Shown one piece after another: positions 26,525 to 36,752 of a stretch of DNA of 64,000 nt. The notes below the pieces were generated by a model, which saw only the letters and a program-made list of their open reading frames with translations, was not told where the DNA came from and ran no database searches. The DNA lies in the NCBI GenBank assembly GCA_964250945.1, contig CAXUIB010000001.1, positions 264 to 64,263 of the forward strand, given 5' to 3'. Position 1 is the stretch's first letter. Every line of letters begins with the position of its first letter. Source of the DNA: an uncultured Acidobacteriaceae bacterium (GTDB lineage Bacteria > Acidobacteriota > Terriglobia > Terriglobales > Acidobacteriaceae). Made by a program: the position numbers and the translations under genes.

Positions 26525-28300
26525 CTAACGAGGATACTGCGCCAACCGGGCGGCCGCACGCACCAGTGCAATATGGGAAAAAGCCTGCGGGAAATTTCCT
26601 ATGAGGCAGGCATTCTCGGTGTCGTATTCTTCCGAAAGCAGACCAACGTCGTTACACAAGCCGAGCAGCTTCTCAAAGAGGGTTCGGGCTGCCGCCACTC
26701 TGCCTGCCATGGCATAGTTCTCTACCAACCAGAAGCTGCAAGCTAGAAATGCACCTTGTTTGGCTTTCCGGGATTGAGGAATGTTGCGCAGCAACAGACC
26801 ATCCTGCATCAGCTCGCGCTCGATCGCTTTTACGGTGCCGAGCATGCGCCCATCGGTTGCCGGCAAAAAACCGACGATCGGCAGAAGCAGCACAGAAGCG
26901 TCCAGGCGGTCCGAGCCATAGTGCTGCACGAAGCTTTTCAGGCGCTTGTTGAAGCCGCGCCTGCAGACATCGGCATGGACCTTGTCGCGCAGCCGCCGCC
27001 ATTTGCCCAGCGGTCCACCCATCCCATGCCGCTCGATGCTGCCGATGGCGCGATCGAGGCCCAACCAGGCCCTAGCGCCTGAGTAAGTGTAGTGTTGCGG
27101 CTTTCCGCGCTGCTCCCACAGTCCGGAGCCGGCGTGATCCCAGACCTTGGCGAGCCGCGTCGTGAGGTCCTGCTGGAGCGCGAGCTCCTCGGGTACCACA
27201 GGCACGCCCGCCTCTCGTGCGTGATACAGGGCCGCCGCGATTTCTCCATAGATGTCCCTTTGTTTTTGGTGCTGGGCAGCGTTGCCGATGCGTACAGGGC
27301 AGGATCGGTCAAAGCCGCGGAGCCATGACACTTCCCATTCCGGGATGTGGCGTTCTCCCCGGATGCTGTACATAATCTGAATCTCCGCCGTATCCTGACC
27401 CACGGCACGTATCAACCAATGCTTCCAGGCCGTCACCTCTTCTGTGTATCCGGCCTCGACTAACGCGGACACGGTAAACGTCGCATCGCGAAGCCAGCAA
27501 GCGCGATAGTCCCAGTTCAACGATCCGCCGGAGCGCTCGGGCAGCGAGGTTGTCGGCGCCGCCACAATGCCGCCCGAAGGTCGATAGGTGAGCGCCTTCA
27601 GCGTGATCAGAGAGCGTTCGACGGCCTCATCATAAGGCCCTGCATACTGACTGCGCGCAGCCCAGTTCTTCCAGAACGTTTCTGTCTTTTCGAGCTCCGC
27701 GTCCACATCGATCGGAGCAGGCACAGGCTCGTAAGAGCGGCCATACGTCAGGGCAAAGGTGTGGCTCTCACCAGCCCCAAGCGTCCACTCGCCCGTCAGC
27801 GTACCCGGAACGGTCTGTTTCAGACCGCACTCAGTTCTTAGCACGGTGAGATTCGCACCCATCTTCGCGATCCAGGAAGTCTGTCCCGACGGGCCCGTCT
27901 CCGCGGTGATCCACGGCACAGAACTTCCATAGTCGAATCGCGGACAGAGTTCCGTCCGCATGTCTACGCGGCCCTGCAAACACGTCACGCGCCGGATAAG
28001 ATCGGAGTGTTGCCCGCGCACCGGCATGAAGTCGGTCACGAGCACGACGCCCTTTCGGGTCTTCATCGTCGTTTCGAGGATCAGCGTATGCGGCCGGTAG
28101 CGGCGCGTAAACACGGCATCGCCGTCCTCAGGCGCCAACGACCAATGTCCGTTTTCCTGCGATCCCAGAAGATGGGCGAAGCACGCCGGCGAAGCGAAGT
28201 CCGGCCAGCACAGCCAGTCGATGTCGCCGTTGCGACGGACCAGAGCTGCGGTTTCGCAGTCGCCGATCATGGCGTACTCCGCGATTTTGCGAGATTCCAT
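26525..28300 (-). CDS. GH15 glycoside hydrolase (trehalase-like subgroup)
   Basis: YAMIGDCETAALV, IDWLCWP, IVAAPTTSLPE, NWDYRACWLRD, GLWE, GLLSEE, GNFPQAFSH. Confidence 0.9.
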   Translation of the reverse strand: MESRKIAEYAMIGDCETAALVRRNGDIDWLCWPDFASPACFAHLLGSQENGHWSLAPEDGDAVFTRRYRPHTLILETTMKTRKGVVLVTDFMPVRGQHSDLIRRVTCLQGRVDMRTELCPRFDYGSSVPWITAETGPSGQTSWIAKMGANLTVLRTECGLKQTVPGTLTGEWTLGAGESHTFALTYGRSYEPVPAPIDVDAELEKTETFWKNWAARSQYAGPYDEAVERSLITLKALTYRPSGGIVAAPTTSLPERSGGSLNWDYRACWLRDATFTVSALVEAGYTEEVTAWKHWLIRAVGQDTAEIQIMYSIRGERHIPEWEVSWLRGFDRSCPVRIGNAAQHQKQRDIYGEIAAALYHAREAGVPVVPEELALQQDLTTRLAKVWDHAGSGLWEQRGKPQHYTYSGARAWLGLDRAIGSIERHGMGGPLGKWRRLRDKVHADVCRRGFNKRLKSFVQHYGSDRLDASVLLLPIVGFLPATDGRMLGTVKAIERELMQDGLLLRNIPQSRKAKQGAFLACSFWLVENYAMAGRVAAARTLFEKLLGLCNDVGLLSEEYDTENACLIGNFPQAFSHIALVRAAARLAQYPR

Positions 28301-28366
28301 GCGCTCTCCCAGTTTGCCGATCCGGTTCGGGCTGAGCAGACAGAAGACTCAGCGTTAGGGCGAAAT

Positions 28367-30103
28367 CTACTTCAAGCGAGGAACGCCGTGGCCCCAGGTC
28401 TCTGGAGGCGCCAGTTCGCGGCGGATGGGTGGCGCCGTCATATCGCGTTCGTTGCTGGTGAAGACGCGATCGCCTTGCGAGATCAGGTAATCTGCCGTGC
28501 GCGCGGCGAGCGACTGAATGGTAAGTCCGGGATTTGCGGAACCCTGGGTCGGGAAGATACTGCCGTCGCAGATGAAAAGATTGGCGATGTCATGGGAACG
28601 GCCGAACTTGTCGACCACGGATGTGCGGGCATCGGCGCCCATGCGGCAGGCTCCGACGAGATGCGCATAGCGCTCCTCCTGCACGACTTCTGTCGCTCCC
28701 GCGGCCGCCATGATGTCCTTCGTCTTCTCTTTCCCGGCTTTGATCAGCTTTTTGTCGTTGTCATGGAGGTTGAAGCTGACGTGCGCCACGGGAAGGCCGA
28801 AGCCATCCTTTTCATCCGCAAGCGTCACGGTGTTGTCGGCCCAGGGAAGAATTTCTCCCAAGAGACCGAAGCCGGCCCAATGGTTGTAGTCCATCATCTC
28901 GCGCCGCAGACCCCAGCCCCAAGCTTCTTTCGCCACTGTCATCTGCTTGCCGAACGCGACGGGCAGCGGACCAACCGTTTGGATCGCATATCCGCGGGCG
29001 AAGTCGTTCTTCGGATCTGTCTCATAGAACGCTTCGGTGAGGGCGTGCGCGGGCGGCGCCTTGTACATACGCACAGGCTGGTCGAACCGACCCAGGATGA
29101 CGTTGCCGGCCTGCGCCATCAGATACTTGCCCACGGTACTGCTGGAGTTTGCGAGGCCATTCTCATATCCGGGACACGCGGAGTTCAGCAGCAAACGGGG
29201 CGTCTCGATAGCGTAGCCCGCGAGGATGACAGCCTTGGCTCGCTGGAAGTGAGCCTCGCCTTTCTGATCGATGTAATGAACGCCTGTGACGCGGTTGTTC
29301 TTGCCCAGTTCGACACGCGACACCATCGAGAAGTCCCGTAGTTCCGCACCGCTTCGCAGCGCATCCGGAACGTGGGTGATCAGCGTGCTTGCCTTTGCGC
29401 CCACCTTGCAGCCTTGAATACAGAAGCCGCGATAGATGCAGTGCGGCCGGTCGCCGCGCGATCCCGAAAGAATCGCCACCGGACCCCCGATAGAGACGCC
29501 GATGTTCAATGCCGTACATCCCTTGATCAAGGCGTTGCCGACGCCACCCATCGGATGCGGTCCATAAGGATATCCATGAGGGTGGCCCCAGGGATAATAG
29601 GGTGGGCCGGCAACGGGCATTTCGAGCTCAAGCTGCTCGTAGTAGGGCATGATGTCGGCATAATCGATCGGCCAGTCCACACCCACGCCGTCGCGGGTGT
29701 GGATTTCGAAATCCGACGGATGGAGGCGTGGCGTAAACGAAGCCCAGTGCACCGAACCACCGCCCACGCCTTTGCCGCAGTTGTTGGCGCCCAGAGCGAG
29801 TGGATCCTTTCCACCCGTGACGCGTGGCTCGGTCCAGTAGAGGTTGTGCGAGCCTACCTCGTCACTGAACCAATCCTTTTCCGTGTTCCAGAAGGGACCG
29901 GCCTCCAGACCGACGACGTTGAAGCCGCCGCGGGCGAGTCGCTGCAGCAAGACGCCGCCGGCCGAACCCACACCGACGATGACATAGTCCACTTCGTCGG
30001 TGTCCTTGAAGCGACGCATCGGGACATGAATGGATTGGAGCGAACCCAGCATGTGCTTGCCGTTTTTGGGGGCCTCGAAGGCTCCGAGAATAGGTGTATT
30101 CAA
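28367..30103 (-). CDS. GMC family FAD oxidoreductase (gluconate/sugar dehydrogenase large-subunit-like)
   Basis: VGVGSAGG, GVGGGSVHW, CIYRGFCIQGC Fe-S-like motif, HLVGACRMG, GSANPGLTI. Confidence 0.9.
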   Translation of the reverse strand: MNTPILGAFEAPKNGKHMLGSLQSIHVPMRRFKDTDEVDYVIVGVGSAGGVLLQRLARGGFNVVGLEAGPFWNTEKDWFSDEVGSHNLYWTEPRVTGGKDPLALGANNCGKGVGGGSVHWASFTPRLHPSDFEIHTRDGVGVDWPIDYADIMPYYEQLELEMPVAGPPYYPWGHPHGYPYGPHPMGGVGNALIKGCTALNIGVSIGGPVAILSGSRGDRPHCIYRGFCIQGCKVGAKASTLITHVPDALRSGAELRDFSMVSRVELGKNNRVTGVHYIDQKGEAHFQRAKAVILAGYAIETPRLLLNSACPGYENGLANSSSTVGKYLMAQAGNVILGRFDQPVRMYKAPPAHALTEAFYETDPKNDFARGYAIQTVGPLPVAFGKQMTVAKEAWGWGLRREMMDYNHWAGFGLLGEILPWADNTVTLADEKDGFGLPVAHVSFNLHDNDKKLIKAGKEKTKDIMAAAGATEVVQEERYAHLVGACRMGADARTSVVDKFGRSHDIANLFICDGSIFPTQGSANPGLTIQSLAARTADYLISQGDRVFTSNERDMTAPPIRRELAPPETWGHGVPRLK

Positions 30104-30879
30104 TGTGTGCCTCCGCTGCTTTGGTGACTCTGGCTATCGGATTCGTCGTCGGATCCATCCACGGCGTCTGAAACGCTGGAGATCGGCGCCAGCCACTCGT
30201 AACGCTTTTCTTTCACCTCCCACGGCTCCGGCTCGCCTCCCTCCAGACGCGTGTATGCCCGCGGATATGCAGGGCCGCCGAAGCCGACCTCATCCCATGC
30301 CCACGGATGGGAATAGTAGCCTTCAATGGCGTCGCCCAGAATCAACTCCCAGAAGTGCTGCACCGACATCCGCTTCCAGATCTCGGGCGCGGCTTCGGGC
30401 TTGCCGTCGTGGATCGCCTGCAGAATAAGATCCTGCTGCAGGTACGGCAGAACGAGAAACTTGCCACCGTAGCGATGCTCTGCTTCGCGGTCGATCGCTT
30501 CAATGCCGATCTCGTAAACAACCCGGTCCTGCGGCATATCTTCGAAGCGATACCCCGCGGTTTGGTTCTTGCTGAGCCGGTGGTCGAGGTGCGGGATCAG
30601 AGGGATCTGGCGATCGGGGGTGCGATCCGTCTGCGGGACCAGATGATTGAAGACGGCCTGCCAGAAGTTCCATGCATCTTCGGAGAAGAAGGTTCGCTTG
30701 GGCGGGTCCTTTACACGCTTGTCCACCAACTCGCGCGTGGCCTCTTCCCAGAAGGAGCTCTGCGAAAGCGTGCTGAAACCGGGGTAGTATCCAGGCTGGC
30801 GAGAGGGTTCGAGCGCTTCTCCTGTAGCGGGGTCGCGCGGACTGAGAGCAGAATCGACGATGGGATATGGGGATGTCAT
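30100..30879 (-). CDS. Gluconate 2-dehydrogenase subunit 3-like protein
   Basis: GIEAID.EA...YG..F..L...QQD.IL and EGYYSHP.AW..VGFGGP motifs; coupled to both neighbours by 4-nt overlaps. Confidence 0.75.
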   Translation of the reverse strand: MTSPYPIVDSALSPRDPATGEALEPSRQPGYYPGFSTLSQSSFWEEATRELVDKRVKDPPKRTFFSEDAWNFWQAVFNHLVPQTDRTPDRQIPLIPHLDHRLSKNQTAGYRFEDMPQDRVVYEIGIEAIDREAEHRYGGKFLVLPYLQQDLILQAIHDGKPEAAPEIWKRMSVQHFWELILGDAIEGYYSHPWAWDEVGFGGPAYPRAYTRLEGGEPEPWEVKEKRYEWLAPISSVSDAVDGSDDESDSQSHQSSGGTH

Positions 30880-31835
30880 GCACGCCTCCGGCGAAGCAGA
30901 CTGGCCAGCACGCCGAGCATTCCAGCGGCGCCAAAGAGCAGCGGCGCAAAGATCGGCGGACCGTACATTATGTTGTACAGAAGATATTTGGAGCCGCCAG
31001 GTCTGCGAAGCACGCCGCGGGCGTGATAGTAGAACCCAACCGCGGCATCGACTCCGGCGATGACCGAGACCGCGGGGAGCGCTGTTGTGGCGACTCTGCG
31101 GCTTTTCACCGAAGTGAAAGCAGTGCCCGCCAGAACCGGCGCGAGGACCACCGGCGTCCACTGGACCCAATAGCGGAAGTTATTCGCGTAGTGCGAGTAA
31201 AAGGATTCAATGCCGCTGAGCAGAGCGCTGATGCCCGTGGCGATCGCCACCTGACGCTGAAATTTCCCTTCGCGGATGTCCTGCTCGGCGGAAAGCAGCT
31301 CACGACGCTCCTTCAACGGAAGCAGTCGCGCCAGAAGAGAGCCTTCCCCCGATTGCGAGGCGTCATCTTTGCTGTCCTCGCGTTGCAGGAAAGAGGCGAT
31401 CAGACCAAGATAGGCGGCGGTCCCAAACAGCAGAGGGGCAAAGGTCGGCGGACCCATGATCATGTTGGTCATCGGCAGCCGCCATCCGCCCGGCTTGCGC
31501 TTGACACCGCGAATGTGAAAGTAGAAGCCGATGATCGCGTCCATCAAGGTGACGGCAGACACAACCCGCAGCAGACCGCGCGCCATGCGCTTGCTGAAGA
31601 ATCCGGCGATGCCCGCCGCCCCCAGCAAAACGCTGAGGATCACGGGCGTATACATGACGCGACGGCTGTAACTGCCGCGGTAATGTTCATACGCCACGTC
31701 GAGCCCGCTCACAATGCTGGAGATGGCGGTGAGCAGGGAGAGGCTTCTCTGAAAACGCCCCTCCCGCAGGTGGTTGTCGATGATCTTCAGATCCTTCTCT
31801 ACACCGTTTGCGAGGATTGCAGTTTCTGGCGGCAT
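30876..31835 (-). CDS. Uncharacterised membrane protein with a two-fold internal repeat
   Basis: Two homologous halves (REG.FQR...HY...TPV...GFY.H.RGV.R.PGG...GPP.FAPLLFG). Confidence 0.8.
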   Translation of the reverse strand: MPPETAILANGVEKDLKIIDNHLREGRFQRSLSLLTAISSIVSGLDVAYEHYRGSYSRRVMYTPVILSVLLGAAGIAGFFSKRMARGLLRVVSAVTLMDAIIGFYFHIRGVKRKPGGWRLPMTNMIMGPPTFAPLLFGTAAYLGLIASFLQREDSKDDASQSGEGSLLARLLPLKERRELLSAEQDIREGKFQRQVAIATGISALLSGIESFYSHYANNFRYWVQWTPVVLAPVLAGTAFTSVKSRRVATTALPAVSVIAGVDAAVGFYYHARGVLRRPGGSKYLLYNIMYGPPIFAPLLFGAAGMLGVLASLLRRRRA

Positions 31836-31839
31836 GGTC

Positions 31840-33591
31840 TTAGATCACCTCGCGTAATTTGTCTTCAGCGATCGTTTTGATAATGCCCATGGCATTTCTC
31901 TCGCCGCGGAGTATCCCCTTGGCAAACTTGATCGCCTGTTCTGTCGTGATCTGGCCCGGCATCGGAGGCTCATTCGGATCCACAACCGCTTGAACAAGCG
32001 TCGGTCCGCGGTGAGCAAGCGCCTCGCGCAGAACATGCTCCGCATCCTCCGGTCGTTCGAGGGTGAAGCCCTTCACGCCGAAACCGTTTGCCACCGCTGC
32101 AAAGTCGATCGGTTCCAGCTGCACGCCGAACTGCGGGTTGCCGTCTTCGATCATCTGTTCCCACTTGATCTGGCCAAGGACGTTGTTCTTCACGACGATG
32201 ACGCATACCTGCAGCTTGTACTTCACCAGCGTGGCCAACTCGCACATCAACATAGTGAGCCCGCCATCACCCACCACGCAGACCACCTGACGACCTGGGT
32301 ACGCCACCGCCGCGCCCACGCTGTACGGCAGGCCGTTGCCCATGGTCGCAAGCGATCCGGACAACGAAAACTGCATCGTTCCACGGATGTCCACATACCG
32401 TGCGGTCCAGGTAGCGATCGTGCCGCTGTCAGAGGAGACGATGGCATCGTTGTTGAGCAACTTGTTGAGCGTGTGCGTCACCACCTGAGGCTTCATCGGC
32501 ATGTCCTTGCGGGTGCCGCGCTCCTCCATCAGGTTGAACCAATCTTTCATCCGCTCCTGCGACTTCTTCAGGAACTTGTTGTTTCTGCTCTTGATCAGCG
32601 GCAGCAAGGCGGTAAGCACAGCCTTCGAATCCCCGACCAGACCAACGTCGATCGGATGCCGCAGTCCTATACGGGTCGGATTGATGTCGATCTGCACGCA
32701 CTTTGCCTGATCGGGCTTGGGCAGAAATTCCATGTAGGGATAACTTGTCCCGATCATGATGATGGTGTCGCACTCGTGCATCGCGTCGAGCGACGGCGCC
32801 GTTCCCAGCAAACCGATTCCCCCCGTGGTATAGGGGCTGCGGTCGGGAAGCACGCCCTTTCCGAGCAGAGCTTTTACAACGGGACCGCCTACCTTATCGG
32901 CGAGCTGCGTGATCTCTTCAGCGCAACCAAGGGCGCCGCGACCGACCAACACGACCACCTTGGACCCGTCGTTGATCACGTCCGCTGCCTTTTTGATCAG
33001 CGATTGCGCCGGCTTGTCTGTACTTGGAACGCTCCAATCGGCGCTATGGTGCGCCACATTCGCGCTGCTCCGGTGATCGTTTGAAACCTTCCACTCCTGG
33101 ATGTCCTTGGGGACGCAGATATGCGAGACGCCTTTGCGTCCGTACGCCGAACGTATCGCCATATCGACCACGTTGACGGCGTGCGGAGCGCTCATCACGC
33201 GTTGGTTGAAGACCGAAACGTCCATATACAGCTTGTCGAGATCGACGTCCTGTTGGTAGTCCATGCCGATCAGGTCGCTGAAGGTGTGTCCCGTGATGGC
33301 AAGGATCGGTTGCGAATCGCACTTGCCGTCATACAGCCCATTCAGAAGGTGAATGCCGCCCGGACCGGAGGTCGCTAAACACACGCCGATGCGCCCGGTG
33401 TACTTGGCATACCCGACCGCGGCAAAGGCCGCCGCCTCTTCATGACGGACTTGAATGAACTTCACTTCCTTCTGATGGGTTCGGAGCGACTCAAAAAACC
33501 CGTCTACGCCGTCGCCGGGAAAACCGAAGATGGTGTCAATTCCCCATTCAATCAATCGCTCGATGATCAGATCCGATATCTGTTTCGCCAT
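31840..33591 (-). CDS. Thiamine-diphosphate-dependent pyruvate oxidase-like enzyme
   Basis: FGFPGDG, VRHEEAAAF, TSGPGGIHLLNGLYD, GDGG...N TPP motif; GGGAG before ATG 33591. Confidence 0.9.
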   Translation of the reverse strand: MAKQISDLIIERLIEWGIDTIFGFPGDGVDGFFESLRTHQKEVKFIQVRHEEAAAFAAVGYAKYTGRIGVCLATSGPGGIHLLNGLYDGKCDSQPILAITGHTFSDLIGMDYQQDVDLDKLYMDVSVFNQRVMSAPHAVNVVDMAIRSAYGRKGVSHICVPKDIQEWKVSNDHRSSANVAHHSADWSVPSTDKPAQSLIKKAADVINDGSKVVVLVGRGALGCAEEITQLADKVGGPVVKALLGKGVLPDRSPYTTGGIGLLGTAPSLDAMHECDTIIMIGTSYPYMEFLPKPDQAKCVQIDINPTRIGLRHPIDVGLVGDSKAVLTALLPLIKSRNNKFLKKSQERMKDWFNLMEERGTRKDMPMKPQVVTHTLNKLLNNDAIVSSDSGTIATWTARYVDIRGTMQFSLSGSLATMGNGLPYSVGAAVAYPGRQVVCVVGDGGLTMLMCELATLVKYKLQVCVIVVKNNVLGQIKWEQMIEDGNPQFGVQLEPIDFAAVANGFGVKGFTLERPEDAEHVLREALAHRGPTLVQAVVDPNEPPMPGQITTEQAIKFAKGILRGERNAMGIIKTIAEDKLREVI

Positions 33592-33677
33592 CACATTCTC
33601 CCTGGTGCGAGTCGCACACGTGCCTAAAGGTGGGTTGCTGCCTATGTACGGACACGGCATTTCTGCCGCGCATGCAA

Positions 33678-34772
33678 TCAAACACGGTACCGTTCTACAT
33701 CTTTCTCCTTCAACGTAAGTCCCATGCCGGGACGGCTTCGGTCCGGTGACATGATGCCGTTGCGGGGTTCGCAAAAGCCGTCAAAGAACATGCGCTCAAT
33801 GCGAGCGTGATCGTGAAAAAACTCCATGTGAATGGCGCGCGGAACCGCGCAGCAGACATGGAGGTGCATGCTTGGGCCGCAGTGCGCGGACAAAGGGACG
33901 TTGTCGGCCCAGCAGAGCGCGGCGGCATCGAGAAATCCGGTGATGCCGCCACAACGCGTGGCGTCGGCCTGCAGCACGGTGACCGCTTTTGCCTTCAGCA
34001 TGCGATCGAAGTACCACGCGGTGTAGCCGTACTCCCCCGCCGCGATGTCCATTCCGAGCGGGGCCCGCGAGCGCACCTCGCTCAAGCCAACGAGGTTGTC
34101 GGAACTGACCGGCTCTTCAAACCACCGCACGTCCTGTTCTTTGAAACGGTGTCCAAGCTGCAGCGCTTGCGTGACCGTGTAGGCTCCGTTGGCATCCACG
34201 AACAGTTCAACGCTCTGGCCGATGGTCGCTCGAGCAACACGCACCCTCCGTGGATCGTCCTCCGGATGCGTTCCGATCTTCATCTTCACCATGCCGAAGC
34301 CTTGTTCCGCCCAGCCGCCCAGCTGATCGGTCAATTGCTTGTCGTCGTAGCTGGTAAAGCCGCCGCTCCCGTAAACGGGAATGCCGTCGCGCACAGCACC
34401 GAGCAGGTTGACCAGCGACACCCCCAGCAGACGTGCCCGCAGATCCCACAATGCATTGTCGACCGCCGCGATCGCCATCGCGGAGATGCCCGTTTCGCCC
34501 AGATTGCGCACAAAATGGAGCATCGACTGCCAGATGGCGCCATGGTCGAAGACATCGCGAGCATGGACAACTTTGCTGAGCAACTTCTCGACGAGCTTGC
34601 CCGTCGCGGCATCCGCGTACGTGTATCCAAGTCCCTGTTTGTCTCCGGCAGCTAAGCTGACAAGCACCATGGTCGTGCTGTCCCACGCATCGGTCCCATC
34701 AGCCTCCGGAGCATCCGTTGGAACCGTATAGACCCGTACTTCGCCGGACGTGATTTTGCAGTCTTGGAGCAT
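33678..34772 (-). CDS. Mandelate racemase / enolase superfamily protein
   Basis: VYGSGG, KMKIG, VDANG, WFEEP, AAGEY, SAHC. Confidence 0.88.
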   Translation of the reverse strand: MLQDCKITSGEVRVYTVPTDAPEADGTDAWDSTTMVLVSLAAGDKQGLGYTYADAATGKLVEKLLSKVVHARDVFDHGAIWQSMLHFVRNLGETGISAMAIAAVDNALWDLRARLLGVSLVNLLGAVRDGIPVYGSGGFTSYDDKQLTDQLGGWAEQGFGMVKMKIGTHPEDDPRRVRVARATIGQSVELFVDANGAYTVTQALQLGHRFKEQDVRWFEEPVSSDNLVGLSEVRSRAPLGMDIAAGEYGYTAWYFDRMLKAKAVTVLQADATRCGGITGFLDAAALCWADNVPLSAHCGPSMHLHVCCAVPRAIHMEFFHDHARIERMFFDGFCEPRNGIMSPDRSRPGMGLTLKEKDVERYRV

Positions 34773-34868
34773 CGCTCTCCTCAGAAGTTCGTCAACATGC
34801 GGGCCGTCTCCGGTTCCCGTGACTTACATCGCGACGGCCTATGCCTCGTAGCCGTCGCAGGCTATCGC

Positions 34869-35648
34869 TTACACGCAGCAGTGTTCGCGCATCAAGGGCG
34901 CCGGTCGCGGAGCCATGGCGAGACCATATCCGTACCTTCCCGGAGTGCCTCCCAAGGGCGGCGGCAGCAACGGAGCACTGACCGCGTTCTGTTCAGAGAT
35001 CTGATCCTGCAACACCACGGTAAGCAGAGATCGGCGAACGGTGATGCAGCTGTCATACGAGATAAAACCTTGGTCACGGAATCGGTTCATGAAAAAACTT
35101 ACCCGTGAGCGCGTAGTTCCGACCATCTCCGCCAGGGTCTCTTGCGAGATCTTTGGTATCACCGTTTCCGCTTCGCCGGAAGTCTCAAACTTCGCCATCA
35201 AGAGCAGGATGCGAGCAAGGCGCTTTTCACTGGAGTTGAACAGCTGGTCGACGAGATCGGCTTGCGTTCGCATGCCGCGAGCCAGCAGAAACGCAAGAAA
35301 GAAGTCCGAAAAAGTACTTTCATCGTGAAGCGCCCGCAAAAGCTCTGCCTTTTCGATCTGCAAGGCTGTACAGGGCGAAACCGCCACCGCCGTCGCGACC
35401 CGACTCCTGGCGGTGCGTGCAAGGGTCTCCTCTCCGACAAAATCGCCCGCTCCCAACAGCGTGATCGTTGCTTCCTTGCCCTGGCGAGACACAACGGTCA
35501 GTTTGGCGCGCCCTTTGTTGATATAAAACACAGAATCTGCCGCCTCACCCTGGACAAACAATGCCTGCTTGGGCTCAAGATGAAGGACTCGTCGGCCTCT
35601 GCCACCCAAAGACAAGAACGCAGATAGATCGAAGTGAGGAGTGTGCAT
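34869..35648 (-). CDS. Crp/Fnr family transcriptional regulator
   Basis: cNMP-binding fold (LFVQGE.ADSVFYI..G, GDFVGE) and HTH ISQETLAEMVGTTRSRVS. Confidence 0.92.
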   Translation of the reverse strand: MHTPHFDLSAFLSLGGRGRRVLHLEPKQALFVQGEAADSVFYINKGRAKLTVVSRQGKEATITLLGAGDFVGEETLARTARSRVATAVAVSPCTALQIEKAELLRALHDESTFSDFFLAFLLARGMRTQADLVDQLFNSSEKRLARILLLMAKFETSGEAETVIPKISQETLAEMVGTTRSRVSFFMNRFRDQGFISYDSCITVRRSLLTVVLQDQISEQNAVSAPLLPPPLGGTPGRYGYGLAMAPRPAPLMREHCCV

Positions 35649-36690
35649 AAATCCCTTTTCAGACCTCGGAAAATTGGACTGCAAGTCCCACGTACATCTA
35701 CAAACTTCTATCCCCTTGCTGTGCTTCGCAGGAGGACGGCACGCGAATCAAGAGTTCGATTCCGTAAGCATGGGGCTACTCATCGATCCGCCTGCGGCTA
35801 TTGATTCGGGCGATCAGGATTGGTTTCTTTATGTCTACGGTGGATCCGGGTAAGTCTTGCTGACGCATAGCAACCCTTTCAGTGGGGTGGGAGAAGATCG
35901 ATCCCGAACTAAACCCGCGGGCAAAGGAACTTCTTCACGGGTCGAGTTTCGTTCTGGCAGGCGAGGTGCTCCATCTCTCATGCCAACGTCTAGGTGCGCG
36001 GTAAAAAACGTCCTTGGGCGAACGCAAGGCCTGCCTGATTAGAATGCCTGATTTTGGTGAGGGATTGGCTCACGTCGGAGGCAAACATCGTTTGCAGCCG
36101 AAGCAAGCGCATCGGGATTGACGATCAACACAGCCGGTCCACGCTCTGCACAGCCGGTCCACGCACTGCGCCGGCCAGACATTCATCCAGGTGCCGGAAG
36201 ACCTTTGACTCCGGGACGGCGGCGCTGGTGGGTGCCCCCCTTCCCACGTTCTGGAACCCGAACCCACCCGACGACGCGGCCTGGCGAGCGATCGTGACGC
36301 GAGCTGCCGGAAGGGACTGGAGCGAGACTTACGCAACGGCGAGCTGCTTTGCGTCAGACGAGAGAACGTAAGGAATACCGGGGCAGACCTTCCACTGCGA
36401 AATGCTTGATCTTCATCGCTTTGCCTCTGCTCGCTTTCCTGCCAACTCCTTGAACTCGCGCCGACTCTTCTTGGCTTCGCTGCTGCACACCAGAGCGCAA
36501 AGCTTGAACACCATAGGGTCGCTGATCGCAGGTGTGGATCTGCCGGTGACGGGCGGAAGCGGCTGCTTAATCGGAGCGCTCTTTGGGAGTCGGCCCGCGC
36601 TCTTGCTCGTAGATCTGTCCAGTCAACCGTAGCTCTTTTCATCGCAATGGTGTCCGCTGAAGGCCTGGCCGTCGTCCTAACCAATTTCTT

Positions 36691-36752
36691 TTGAACCCAT
36701 TCAATTGTTGTTGACTTACCTCGCTGGGCAGGTCATTATTGACCATGGTCAA
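36691..36752. promoter_or_regulatory. tetR promoter/operator: TTGA-N6-TCAA palindromes at 36691-36704 and 36739-36752 flanking TTGACT-17-CATTAT
   Basis: TTGAACCCATTCAA and perfect TTGACCATGGTCAA read directly from the sequence. Confidence 0.55.
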
